Below, piece by piece: positions 47,101-63,671 of a DNA stretch of 64,000 nt. Within the stretch, counting starts at the first letter, position 1. Each line of letters begins with the position of its first letter. The DNA comes from Zygnema circumcarinatum SAG 698-1b (taxonomy: Eukaryota; Plantae; Zygnematophyceae). The notes beneath the pieces were generated by a model. That model worked only from the letters and a program-made list of their open reading frames with translations. It did not search any database and was not told the origin of the DNA. The stretch covers positions 4,082,689 through 4,146,688 of the forward strand of contig CM074809.1 of assembly GCA_037447605.1 (NCBI GenBank), written 5' to 3'. A program made the translations under genes and the position numbers.

Positions 47101-49009
47101 CTAAAACCCCTGGAGACCCTAAAACCCTACAACCCCTAAAGACCCTAAAACCAATGACATCCCCGCGACCTGCTCTCAGAAGAGCATTTGCAATTTCATC
47201 CGTCCTATTCAGATTTGGCACAATACTATTTGGCCTAATGGGGCCACTGAGGTTTATCAGGCACTAGAAAGTCTATTTAGACGGTAATAACGGTATGGGT
47301 AGAAAAGCACGATCAACAAAGGATAAATAATGACTGCGTGCAAACAATCAAGCTTTGACGTTTCTTGAAAGGCTTAGACTTCCTTACTACAATATGGGGT
47401 CGCTTTGCCAGTGCTATAGCTTGTGCCATCATGTCGATTCCACCAACCACCTGCACTCCAAACACGAGACAAAATTCATACCTCATCACAGTTGAAAGTG
47501 GGAAGGAAAAATGACTGTTTCGATGCCAGCAGTTCTTGCTTAAACCTTTTCGACTAAACCCACAACAACCTTGAAGCAGGGGGTTTCATCGTCCACTCTT
47601 TAATTGGAAAAAAAAATAGGGTAAAACCTACGCGGAAAGTGATCATCCTACTAAAGCCTCAATATGCCGCAACTGAATCTTCAAAACATTTTGCGAACGA
47701 TACAAAGGGGCCATCGGCAACAGAGAGGGCACAGTGCGCTTACAACTGCACATTTCAAACCAATGCTCGCCCCCAAAGCTTCGAACTGCTCTGCAATTTG
47801 AATGGCTAGCTCTCTGCCAAATGAAGCCATCACAAACAAACAGAGCCCAACACTGGCAGCTTCAGGTGATGATGCAAGACCTACACCCACATCAGGCTTC
47901 CGAATACAATACTTGCGCATTCATGAAAACAAACAGACTGCCGCGAAAACACGAGACAATATCAATCGTTACTTCATTGAATTTGCTTCCATGCTAGCTG
48001 TTTGACCAAGATGCGATGGCAAGAAAATTCCAAAGGATCGGAAATTTCTTGCGAATAAGAAGGACGAGCGAATCTTAGAGGAAAAAATAAAAAAAACCTT
48101 TAAGCATACAAACAGAGCAAAGTCAGAAAAATTGTATGGGACTGCGCTCACCTCGTTGGAGACAGCACACACGCAAAAAGCTGTGAGGGCTTCTCCAACA
48201 GAGCATGCATTATTGGCAGAGCAAACGCCGCCGTTTTACCGGAGCCAGTTTGAGCAAGCCCAATCACGTCTCTTCCTGCACACAAAACAAATTTTACTCA
48301 GCAGTTTACGTTAGACATATCAACCAATTTTCGATCTTAAACAATGGCTCTCCCATAGACAAGAACTTCGAATTTTTCATGCTACGAAGTGCTCAGGGTG
48401 ACAAGGTGAGTTGGCGATGTTTTCACTTGCACATGGGGAGATATTTCAAGCATCGTTCAAAAAGTTTAGAATCCCCAGAACTGAGACATCGTCTAAAGTT
48501 GCGGCAAAATAAATACATCTCAAACAACTTGCTGTTTCAGCTCTAGCTGAGTGCGAGTCGTTTGCCATAAAAACCGACGAATGGACCGCTTAATTGTTGT
48601 ACAACTCAACGACACAAGAGGAGATGATCAGATAGATTACACAATCAAAAGGATATGTAAAGTATATGCAACGCTCACACGCAACTTTAAGTATTGATTT
48701 CAAAGTTACGACCCTAGTTATTCTAATGTGGACCGGAAAATGTTTGAAAAGAAGGTTGTAATATCATTGCTTCATACGGAACGGGCTGGAAGTTGTAGGA
48801 CAACAACAGGTGCAAAAGGGCTAACCTTGAAGAGCATGCGGAACTGCCTGAACCTGTATGGGGGTCGGACGCTTCCACCCCAACGCTTCGCAGGCCTCCG
48901 CCAGCTGCCTGCTCATGCCCAGAGCCGCAAAAGCATCCACCGCAGTTTTGGCCGCGGCCAAGGCACTCTCCACCTTCTCAACACTCAACTCGGAAGGGGT
49001 GGCAGCCAT
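44196..49009 (-). CDS. RH10: DEAD-box RNA helicase RH10 (RRP3/DDX47 group, 18S rRNA processing)
   Basis: Q motif (GWKRPTPIQ), [72 protein letters not shown]; basic C-terminal tail. Confidence 0.96.
46358..46703 (-). other. Non-canonical GC-AG intron in RH10
   Basis: ...ATMTNK|GCAAGT ... TAACAG|VAKLQRAC; the nearest GT (+4) would break the frame. Confidence 0.85.
47098..47152. repeat. Telomere-like (CCCTAAAA)-type degenerate repeat in an RH10 intron
   Basis: ACCCTAAAACCCCTGGAGACCCTAAAACCCTACAACCCCTAAAGACCCTAAAACC. Confidence 0.75.
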
Positions 49010-49204
49010 GGCGGTCGTTTTGAGCACTCTAAGCGGAAAGAACAGGCGAGAGAGAGAGAGGTAGGAATAGAGGGAGCGGGAGGGAGAGAGAGAGAGGAGA
49101 GTGGGCGGCGGATGACTACTGTGGCGAGGAGCGCAGGTTTCTGCGGACAATGACTGCCGCTCCTGCTCCTGCTGCTTCAGCTCCGCGAGCGGGCGAAGGC
49201 GGCA

Positions 49205-49239
49205 TTAGGGTTAGGGTTAGGGTTAGGGTTAGGTTAGGG
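49205..49239. promoter_or_regulatory. (TTAGGG)n telo-box-like array in the RH10 promoter, with GGGCC/GGCCC site-II-like motifs nearby
   Basis: Four perfect TTAGGG, one TTAGG, then TTAGGG followed by CCC; about 200 bp upstream of the RH10 ATG. Confidence 0.65.
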
Positions 49240-49298
49240 CCCTCGTCCCGTACGGACTCACCTTGCGAGCCGTACTGCACGGCAGCTTGCAGTTCACG

Positions 49299-49338
49299 CG
49301 ATACGATACGATGCGATAAGAGGTTAGATACGATACGG
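49299..49338. repeat. (CGATA)n pentamer array
   Basis: CGATACGATACGATGCGATAAGAGGTTAGATACGATACGG. Confidence 0.8.
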
Positions 49339-50055
49339 CGCGGGCCGGCCCCATCCCGCAAACCACTGAGGGGGCGCTGAGGGAGGGAGGGGGCCCTGCC
49401 GTCAGTCCCTGCGCGGGTACCGTAGGCAGGCCCAGGGAGGGAGGGAGGAAGAGAGGGAGGGAGGCGGACTACGGCGCGCTGAAGCCTGTCACCGCTGCCA
49501 GCCACGGATGGATGGACGGAAGGATGCATCGATGGATGGATGCATGCATGCATGCACGCTCCGGCCACCAAGGCAAGGCAAGGTTCGGCTCCCCGAACCG
49601 CGATGGACGGGTCGCCACACTTGTACAGCCTATCGCGGAGTGAGAATCTGAATTACGCTGTTATGGTGGAGGCAGGCACTGGCATACTCTACAGCAGCAC
49701 GCTTTGTTCTGTGATGGAGTCTCATTCATGCGGTTAACAGATCCAGGATTCAAAATTAAAATTAAAATTAAAATTAAAGTTAAAGTGCCAAAAGTTAAAA
49801 TTCGCAAGGAGGAGAGATTGGAACGGTTGGTAAACATATCCCAAACAAAGAGCACTTCAACATGACCCCATTCATTAAGTACACCGCCATTCACAACCAC
49901 ATGCCTGGCCTGGGACAGAACATCCAAAACCCTCCACCCCGTTCCACGTTTCATGGGATCAACCCATCAGCTCATGTATTAAAGTGCTGCACTTAATGAT
50001 GACATTCCGTTTGAGTTTCCATTAACCCTGCATCAATTTGTCGAAGTGTTGCAGC

Positions 50056-51264
50056 TTAGGTGTCCATCACCGTCACCTCCACCTCTACACCGGGTTCAAT
50101 GCTGATAGAGGTGATCTGCTTCACCACTTCCGAAGGACTGTGAAGATCGATCACCCTCTTGTGGACGCGCAATTCAAAGCGGTCCCACGTGTTTGTTCCT
50201 GCACGGATATAAGACACAATCAGCCATGACGCGGATAGCCTACATGTCTCATAATGACAAAGTCTCTGCAGTTCACAAGCAATCTAGTCAGTACAGATAC
50301 CTTCCTCTCGTGTTACCAAACAAGTTAAAGTCATAAAGTCTCTCGCGGCGCCAATTCAGATATGTCAGGACAAGAGGCAGAAAAGCCACCCCTAACCTGC
50401 CAGCCAACTTTCCTTTCACTTCTCATGCATATAGGAGGCTTCTTCTCTAGGGAAGTAGAAAATTTAGTTTAGAACAAAAAGGCAGAACGCATACACATAC
50501 AGTGTTGGCAAAGAAATTCAACAGAAAAAGAGAGATCAGGTGAACAAACCTTCTCCGCAAGGGGACTTGCGCGTGGTGTGATGAAGCACCTTTGTGGGCA
50601 TTCTCACAGGGCCCTTCACCTTCAGCCTCTTGTCCTTAGCGCCCTTCACAAGATCAGCGCACACTGTACAAACATGCAACAATGATATGTGAATATCGAC
50701 TACATCTGTGAACCCATCAGAACATAGAACGTTATTGTTCAAAATACCCTCATTCATACGGCTAGAAAATTGCAACCAAGGAAAACCATGATTCAGAGCA
50801 TTAGTAACCGTCACAAGCTACCAAATCCAACAGAAATACACTGTCTTGAATACTAACCGGGCCTCCATCCAAGTGGGCAAACAAGTCCGATAAAAGAAAG
50901 ACAAAAAAGAGCAGAGCATGTCTTTCCCCGTAGAAAGACATGCTCTGGTAACCTCACACTTCATGGACACCGAAGAAGTCTACCAGTTACGTTTTCTCGT
51001 TCTCCCCGCTCACAAGCCAAAAAAAAAATGTAGTGCCCCCCCAAAATTTCAGGTTTTCCTAGTTTTGAAAAATCACAGTCGCCTGCAAACCGAAATAAAT
51101 CCATTGGACCCCAAAATTCAGAACCGGCTCTGTTCACTGTAGTCACCTTTCTCAAGGTTCTTCACATTGTTCATGCATGACAGCGTGATGCGAATCTTCT
51201 GGATGTTGTCTGTCGACTCCTCAACTCCCACCTTGCCCGGCTTCAAAGGAGCACCCGTCGCCAT
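50056..51264 (-). CDS. RPS20: 40S ribosomal protein S20 (uS10), 3 coding exons plus a 5'UTR intron
   Basis: [93 protein letters not shown]. Confidence 0.97.
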
Positions 51265-52539
51265 CCTGCAAGTCAATATCACACCGCATCATGTCACTGT
51301 GTCACACTACCAACCAATTGCAACTAGAAACTCTTGAAGCCAACCAATACCAGTCACAAATCACAATACATAACCCCTATTTCTCTACTTATACTTCTCG
51401 GCTTCTTTTTAGGAGAACATGCAAAACCCTAGTCGGCCGCTTCTAGAACTTCGAATTTTGCTTCACCCACTGATACCGCTAGCCAGAAAATCAAGTATGA
51501 AAAAGAAATCAACCAAAGAATCCTGCTCAGAAACCCCACATCCACAAACCTAGCTCTCTGCAACCCTAACACTCATGTTCCGCGAATAACATAGACCATT
51601 CGCCTCCTCCATTCCTCACCTATCTGCCGTATCTACGTCCGTTTGCTATGCACGAGCCCGTACATACCTTGAAGCGGCCCCCGAGACAGACGCCGGCAGA
51701 GCGGCCGCTTGCTGAGGGGCGCTGCGTGCTTGCGGCGACCGAGAAAGAGGACGAGCAAGGGGCCGGGCCGCGCCTTTACTCCCCCGCCCGCCTGTACGAA
51801 CGGACGGATTAGGGCTAAGGGCCAGGGAAGTGTAAGTGTCGTGTAAGTGTTAGAATTCCAAAAATCAAAAACTTAAAAGACAGACCGTTTTATAAAACAC
51901 TTTTAGAATGGCCGTACAATAGTACCGCCATACGGTCGTACGGCAGCCTCTCTGACGGAAGCCCGTCAGCTGTACGTCTGCTAGGTTTGCATTTGCGTTT
52001 CTTTGCGGTGGTTGCGGTGTGCAACCGAGTCACGCAGCTCGTCGCACGAGACTTCAAGCAGAGTGTGTATAGGAGAATTACGTTACTTCCTCTCAAAATT
52101 CGCAGAAATCCTCAACGATTGTTGTCAATAACACCATATCCAGTGCGAGGGCATGCAGAGACGGGTTTGTTTGACTGCTGTAGCAGACCGTGAGCATTGT
52201 GTAGCCGACGACGAGAATCCATTTTGAACAATTAACATCGCCATCGGATGTTGTTGACCGCATGCATTGAAAAAGCGCCACAAACATCGCTGAATGGTCG
52301 CATCAGAGAAGAATTGTGAACTCAACCATAACCTACAAAGTAGAAGAACATCTACAAAATTTAATATGCAAAGCAAACAAGGCGACTTCTGCCTCCTAAG
52401 GCCTCTATTGACCGACCTGTCTGCCTGCCGCTGCTCAAAAGGCACAATAGTGCAGCTTGCGAGCCCCCTCTTCCCCCGATCTAGGAGAACCCCTCGAGGT
52501 TTTGCCTAAGCAGAAGCTCCGAGGCTTGTGGGTGCCGCC

Positions 52540-56843
<4,304 letters not shown>

Positions 56844-57667
56844 GCCTTCCAGAAACCAGCCAGCAGGAAGCGGTGCTCTAAATACGGACGACTGCTGTCC
56901 GCGCCGAGGCGAGGGCTGCTGCTGCTGCTGCTGTTGCAGTGAGCGCGTCTGAACCCCGCTCGCCTGCCTGCTGCGGCCGCGACCCAACCCTAACTACGGG
57001 CGGGCGGGCGGGCGCTATAAGGCGCCGGCGGACGCTTTGAGTGGCCCTTTCGCGCTGCGGCTCGCTCGCTCAAGAGGTGATGGCGCCCTCCCCTTCCCTT
57101 CCCTCCCCTCCCCTCCCCTCGCGTGCTGTCGCCATGGAGGCCTGCCTGCATCCCCTTGTTGTGCTTTTGCCACTCTCCCCCTCCTTCATCCTTCCTCTCA
57201 TCTCTCCTCTTTCGTCTCTTCGGCTCTTTGTCGCTGCGCTTCCGCTCTTCTCACGGAAGTAACGGAAGGGCGGCGACAGGCTGCGTCGCTCTCTGCCAAC
57301 CTTTACTCCCTCACTTTCCCTTCCTGCTCTCCTTTCTGCCTCGCTTTCTCTCTCTTCTCTGGCTCGCTTGCGCTCTCTCCCTCTGTTTCTGTTCTCTCTA
57401 CTGTCGTTTTTCTCCCCTGCCACCTGCTTTCTTATCTTCTTTGTTTCCTTTTTCACTTCCTATCTCGTCGTCCTCTTCCCATGTTTTTCCTTTTCGTCAG
57501 GATGATACCTGGAATGTGCTAGACGCCGTTCAGAAACCTGATTCAGGTCTTTTAGTGTTCATCTTTCCTTTTCTGATGTTGGTGGAAGCCGGGTCCTGCT
57601 GTGGCGGGGTATCTTCTTTCAGAGCATCCAGTTGCTGGACTACTCGTTGTGAGGAAGCACAGACGAG

Positions 57668-58644
57668 ATGGGTCACGCGGCAGTATGGAATTCCCACCCA
57701 AAGAAGTATGGCCAAGGTGCTCGGCTCTGGTGAGTCAGCCCTAAAACCTGTGTAAGCCGAAACGATTTGCATGTCTACCGTGTACAAGAGAGTTCCTAGT
57801 CAGTCTATTCTTTACACTTTCTTTTCCGTTCTAACCTTTCTGATATTGTCTCTCGTTCTCTTGTGAACGAAGATATCAAAATATATTGAACCCCCGTGGT
57901 TTCGTTTCATGTAGAGGCATTAATCTTAGAGATCACATGCACTCGCGTTGCTTGTGCCTACCTCCTTGTTGTTGATGTATAGGGTTCGCACCAACACTTG
58001 TCAGGTCTTAGAGCCCTGCCTTGCATGTTAAAAATTCTCAATTCAGAACAGTCTTTAAGAGTATGTGAAGGGTTTCACGTATGAACACACACAAGCTGCT
58101 TGGTGAAGGGAACGCGAAAGCCACTTTACGAAGAAGGAAAACTAGTGCTGTCATCTATGTATCTCGTTATTTCGGGTCTACAATCAAAGGCTTCCTACCG
58201 TCTGCAGTTACTCTTAACTTTGCACAGCAAAGTCAGTCATGGTCTAGATGAATCAGCCATTGTTTGGCAGTTCTCCTGCTGACTTTTGTACGTAATCAGC
58301 ATATGGAGTTAATTGCTTGCATTGTGTTTTTGCAGCCGGGTCTGTGGTAATTGCCATGGACTGGTCAGGAAGTACAGCCTCAACATTTGCAGGCAATGCT
58401 TCCGCATCTATGCGAAGGACATTGGTTTCATCAAGGTGTGTTTGGCATTCCTTTTTTCCTTTTTCCACTTTTCGTGGCGGTTATTAGATGCCTGAAAGTT
58501 GAACATGTCATTCCAAATTGGGGTGCTCCCGCAATGTTACTCAGTGTCAGAGTATAAGTGTGTTTATGTCCTAGCTAGGCGTCTACCTCTACTAGTTAGT
58601 TATAATGAACATTGGGGAAGGATGCATGGTTGCAGTACAAGTAA
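57668..58644 (+). CDS. RPS29: 40S ribosomal protein S29 (uS14), 3 coding exons
   Basis: Exons 57668-57729, 58336-58435, 58636-58644 give [56 protein letters not shown] with the CxxC...CxxC zinc finger. Confidence 0.96.
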
Positions 58645-59388
58645 ATTTGGCTGCGGATCACGCACGCAACGAAGGCATTATGGGGGTCCCATGATGAAGT
58701 GGATGAGACTGGTGGCTGGTGCCGGAAAGTCGCGGCAAGGGGGTGGCGAACGCAGAAGTCCTTCCCTTGCAGATGGCTTTCAGGGCCGAGACAGCGCTGG
58801 GCGGAAGTAGTTTCAAAGAAGCTTTCGTTGAGGTGCATTTGTCGTAAATTCAAACACATTTGTCTACTCCAAGAGGATGAAGGGTTTGAAGTGGAGGCGC
58901 TTGGCGTAATACTTATTGCATGTCTTATGCTCGTGTTCACTCCCTCTTGTATTCAGCCGCTTTTGATCTCGCGCACTTTCAATTGTTCGAGAGCTACTCA
59001 TGGTCGTGCTATCAACTCCGCGTTTGGAAAGAGAACCACGACACGTTTGAAACAATGCAAAAGTAATGCATGACCTCGTTGTAATGATTAAGCGGATACA
59101 AATTTGCTGCAAGCTGCCTTCACATGCCACGATCAAAACAAATCATTATCGCTGAAGACATTGTCGTTTCGATTTCGGATTATTCCTAAAAATTTAAAGA
59201 CCTTCAGAAAAATTGCAAATACAACACAAGCTCAATCCACTGTCGACAACTATACAAAACTTGCAGACGGCAAGTGCTGATGACTATAGCAGACCGTGGA
59301 CCCCAGGAAGGACTGTCGACACATCACCTTCCACGCATCCTCCTTGCTCTACCTCTTTATTTTCCAATTTCTCCCAGAGTCAACCGCC

Positions 59389-60047
59389 TCATTTTTGCTT
59401 CTCCAGCCTTTTCAACCCCTCTTTTATCATATTGAGCTCCTTCTTAATCTCCGCTTTTTTCAAGTCCACGAGCTTATCTCTTGTCTGTGCACGTAGATCC
59501 GCTAACTCCTTCTCAAGCCTTTGCTGAGTAAGGGCAAGCTCATCACGAGCTGAAAGGACGATCCCAGAAGCAGCAGCAGTAATATCCGATGGGGTTGGTA
59601 GAGCGGACACCACTTCTGGTGGCACAAAGCTGGGAGGTGGCTTCGCTGGCTCCGCTGGGCCAAGAATAGTTGTTCCAAGCTTGGGATCTACTTGCGTGAC
59701 ATAATAGTAGGAGCCAGATGCAGCCAAGCCCGCTGCTAGGAGGGAAAGCAAAACAGCGTTTCCTCCACCTGAAGTATACTTTGCTGAAGGTGAACCTGCA
59801 GCTCCTTTTCCCGCTTCCGCATGCAGCACTCGCGCCTGTTATACAGCGCAGTTAGGCAGGTTAAGCTCGGCTAGCATTTGTAGAAGCTGTAGGTAAGTTG
59901 GGCCAACAATGTAAGTTCAGAGAGTGCAGGCAGGCAACCAGGGAAAACCTGAGAGGAGAACGACGCTGCTGCACCGCTCCTCCTCACAGCTTCACTCCAG
60001 TTCCGAGCAGATGCAATGATTAACTGCCGGCTCCGGCCACTCGGCAT
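59389..60047 (-). CDS. Hypothetical ~181-aa protein with presequence-like N-terminus, one TM helix and a C-terminal coiled coil (putatively mitochondrial)
   Basis: Exon 1 MPSGRSRQLIIASARNWSEAVRRSGAAASFSSQ splices in phase 0 to ARVLHAEAG...AVLLSLLAAGLAASGSYYYV...QRLEKELADLRAQTRDKLVDLKKAEIKKEL; start codon tentative. Confidence 0.7.
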
Positions 60048-60785
60048 ATTTCTCCGTAGTGATGTGCACACGTAAAGCACCCTGCAGTTGAAGGAAGATA
60101 CCTGGAGCTCAGGTAAAATTGAATGCACACCACTGAAGGAGGTCAAAATGCTATGCTGCTATCTGAACGATGCCAGGAAATCCCATGGTGTTGCTTCAAC
60201 ACGTAAAAAAAGGAACTAACGGGGAGACACTCTTGCTTTGTTTGAATTATCCCTGAGAAAACCAGTCATCGTCCAGACACATTTTTTTTACACCAGTTCA
60301 AAGGTCGAAGTTGGTGCAATAAGAGATGGCATGCGCTGACAAATCCTATACACATGAATTTTCAGTTAGGAGCCGGCTCTAATTCAGCTCCTGGATCAGA
60401 CGAAGGGATAAGTATGATTCGGAGCATTTCCTCTTCATTCGTCCATACCCCTCTGATGATCGCCACAGCTACATCCCCGAGGATCCCACCCCACCACCAT
60501 TTGCCTCTTCTTTCCCACTTATCCTTCCTCTCCTCCTATCCCTCTTGCCAGCCTCTCTTCCCGATGTCCACTTCAGCTCTCGTCCAACTCTTACCCTCCC
60601 ATCTCTGCACATCGCTCTCCCCCATCGCACCTCTCCATTGAATCTCTCCGTTCCCCTCCCTCCATCCCTCCCACCCCAGCAGACGCACCTGCGCGATGAC
60701 GCCGCAGCACAGGCCTCCTCCTTCTCCTTCCTCCCCCCGCGACTGCCTCGCCCTTTTCCCCTTCTCTCGACCAAACAACGCCTCG

Positions 60786-60960
60786 ATATGGCGTATCGTC
60801 ATGACGATACGATACGTATCCCATACCGGGCCGTACTACAATGAGTACCGTATCGAGATTATATGTATCGTATCATGTAAGACATTCCTCGGTACGGCAC
60901 CAGCCGACGCAGTGAGGTATGACCCGATACGTTCCGATACGGAGCAGTTGGCCCGTACCC
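60786..60960. promoter_or_regulatory. Bidirectional promoter with CGATA/TATCG arrays and a perfect 20-bp palindrome
   Basis: CGTATCGTCATGACGATACG at 60792-60811; several CGTAC/GTACC motifs; lies between head-to-head genes. Confidence 0.55.
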
Positions 60961-61289
60961 GATCTGGGCCGTCCGTCCTTCCGTGCAAGGCCAGTCCCTA
61001 TCTCGGCCGGCCGCGGCCAACGGTTGGCACACGCCGTTGGGGCCGCAGACCGCTCCATGCGTCCAACTGGAAACTGCGAACAGCACTGCGGCAAGGAACG
61101 CGCACTCGCCGCACGCTTCCCGCCCTCGAAACGCCCGCCTCCGCCTCCGCCTCCCCCGCCTCCGAGTCCTCCCTCTCCCTCTCCCTCTCCCTCTCCCACT
61201 CCCTCGCCCTCTCCCTCTCTCTTTCTCCCTCGACTGTCTGCCCTCTCTCTCCCGACCTCCGCCAGCTCCTCCTGCCACGCGTCGCCAGC

Positions 61290-63671
61290 ATGTCCTCGCG
61301 CGTGGCCCTGACGCTGACGTGTCTGCCGCTGGGGCTGGCGTCCTTCGCGTTCCTGCTGCAGCTGTTCGGGGGGGACTCCGCGTACCCGCAGATCGTGGAC
61401 GGGCTGTACAGCAACGAGGGCCCGGCCCTTCCTGGATGGGGGGGAAACGGGGAGCATGGGAGGGAGGCTCTTGAGAGCGGACGGCCCTGCGTGGATCGGC
61501 GAGAGAAGGCGCTGTCGCCTGGGTTTCCTCATCAGAAGGGTTGGCACCTTGACGCCAGCCCGGCCGACGCTCCCAAGGTACTTAATTTTAAGCCTTCGTA
61601 ATATTTATTTATTTATTTAATTATTTATTTATTTACTTTTTACCTTGAAATAGTGTGCACTTCAGTGTTTGAATGCGGCCACTATAGGAGTGCAGGACAA
61701 GTGGGGTTGGATGGTCTCACGGCGTTTTTTTCTACGGAACAAAATAACATTATGCACAGGCTTTTCCGTGGATCAGATCTGACGTCCTCATTGCTCGATA
61801 TCTCCCATTCTTGGCACGTTGAACCAACAAAGGGTGTCACCCAGTTTAGGTTGTTTTTTAATTTAAAACCTTATATATAGAGTGTATAAGTGGTATCTTA
61901 ATATGTAGAATTACAGCCTGCTTCTCATTTGTAAAAAACTTGGAACGTCCTGTGACTTGTCGTGAAAGAAATGGAATGAAATTATGATACCTTGACTTGT
62001 CAATGGAACAGTACTTTTCTTTGTCAGATAATGTGGGCGGCAGAGAAAGGAAAAGAGAGAAAAGAGGGGAGGTGGGTAGGGGGGGGGAAGAAGTTCATAC
62101 CTCGCCGTCTACCTTCCAGTTTAGCTTCACAATCGAGACAAGACATAGAATCTTGCAGGTGGTAATTAAAGTTGTTAGTGTACATGCCACCACGTGGGCT
62201 TGTAGTTGGGGTTTGTCCCTTATCGATGGTCCGTGTCCGCAGTAGTCAGCACAATTGAACGTTGGTTAGCGATTTATCGTAACAAAGACATCGTGGAGCT
62301 GGTTATTGAGTTCTGGTGCTTCACAGGAGGCTTGATGCTGTGCAGTTTCTAGTGAAGGAAATGGGGTTTGAAAATCTTTAAGTGCTAGTTGAGAGTGGAG
62401 TAATAGGAGCGCCGTTTAAAATCTTACAGCATAAAAGTTTTTCAATCGGGCAGAATCGATGGAGGTAACGACATTATTCTTGTTTTTTTGGGTTTTAAAA
62501 TGTCCTTTTGGGTACTCCCCGGTCGCGTTCTATGTTAAAAAAACCCTTTCGTGCATTACCCTTGGTCATGCTATTTATCAGCACCTCAGCAGATCTCCCG
62601 TGCGTTACTTTTCCAGTGAGGTATCGAGGTTGTGGAAAGTTGGCACCATGCTTGAGCTACTACACCCTCTCCCTAACTACTTATCTTTATTCAATGAAGG
62701 CCGCAACCTCCTTAATAGCAAATACATGCAAGTGGCAGACTTACATGCGACCGAGCTGCTGTCGTCACGTGGAAAATCTGTAGTGCGCTTGCCTTCCATA
62801 GTCCTTCCATCGCCAGATGTTCTGAAACATGTGTTGCCCATCGACGTCTTTGCCACGAACTTTTTGCTGAACTGATTGTCGGGTCGAGCTGCAGATTTGC
62901 ATCACCACCACCACAGCAGCAGGGCTGCAGCAAGTTCTTCCTTGGCTCTTTTATCACAAGTCGCTTGGAGTGAGCACGTTCCTACTGTTTGTGGAAGGCA
63001 AAGCTGCGTCGCCCAACAGCACTTCCGTGCTTGAGGCTATTCCGGTATTTTCGCTAAGTTTTGTTGAGTTCTCGCTGTTCAATGCTATGCGCATGAGTTG
63101 AGTAAATTCGAGGCTTCCAGGGTGGGAACCAAACTTCGAGTTAGGTGAATGGAATCTTGAAGTGAATGTGGTTGAATGCCCTTCATTCAACTTCAACTGT
63201 GTGTCTTCATTCCAAGTTGATGTGCTTCCGTTGTGAAAATCGGTCTTTCTTCGCTGCTTTCACATTGTGAATCTCGGCTAAATCACTGCAAAATCCCAAG
63301 GTCATGAAGCTGGCTTGCTTGCTTACGCGCCATTGAACAACTTTTTGGTGGTTAGGGTGTCAGGATCATTTTCCGCACCAAGTTGCTCGACGAGAGGCAA
63401 GCGAGAAGGTGAGGGCAAGAGGTCCTCCTCACAGCAGCTGCGGTGAGCATTCAGTTTTTCGCAAAGTGTTGAAGGCCTTGTGCAGGTGAAGCTCCTTTAT
63501 CCGGAGACTCGTCCTTTGCCTATTTATGTTTCATCTTGCGTCCGTTGCAAGCTGGGGTGCAGCCGCATCTGGAATGAGACTTGGCTTTCCTCCTTCTTCT
63601 ATCGCCCGTGCAACTACGAGCTCTTTGTGAGGCAGTCTCTGAACATGGAGATGGCCATAAGGATGGCGCGG
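61290..63671 (+). CDS. KOB1: KOBITO1/ELD1-like glycosyltransferase-like protein, 5' part (continues beyond the last resolved exon)
   Basis: N-terminal TM, then ...DAPK|[40 protein letters not shown]...|GVRIIFRTK...QARS|[36 protein letters not shown], the KOB1 signature; exons 61290-61577, 62895-63044 and two more to 63671. Confidence 0.95.

Noticed and set aside
51952-51984. CTGACGG-AAGC-CCGTCAG hairpin followed 11 nt later by CTAG (Helitron 3'-end-like); similar hairpin at 3720-3741
   Set aside because: The base after CTAG is G rather than the expected T, no 5' TC end or captured fragments are evident, and the second hairpin has no CTRR.
60696-61289. N-terminal part of the 301-aa ORF and overlapping antisense ORFs
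   Set aside because: GC-rich promoter/5'UTR; the KOB1-like sequence with its TM anchor begins at ATG 61290.
62459-62875. 138-aa ORF
   Set aside because: Lies in KOB1 intron 1; exon 1 (DAPK) splices directly in frame to ICITT at 62895.
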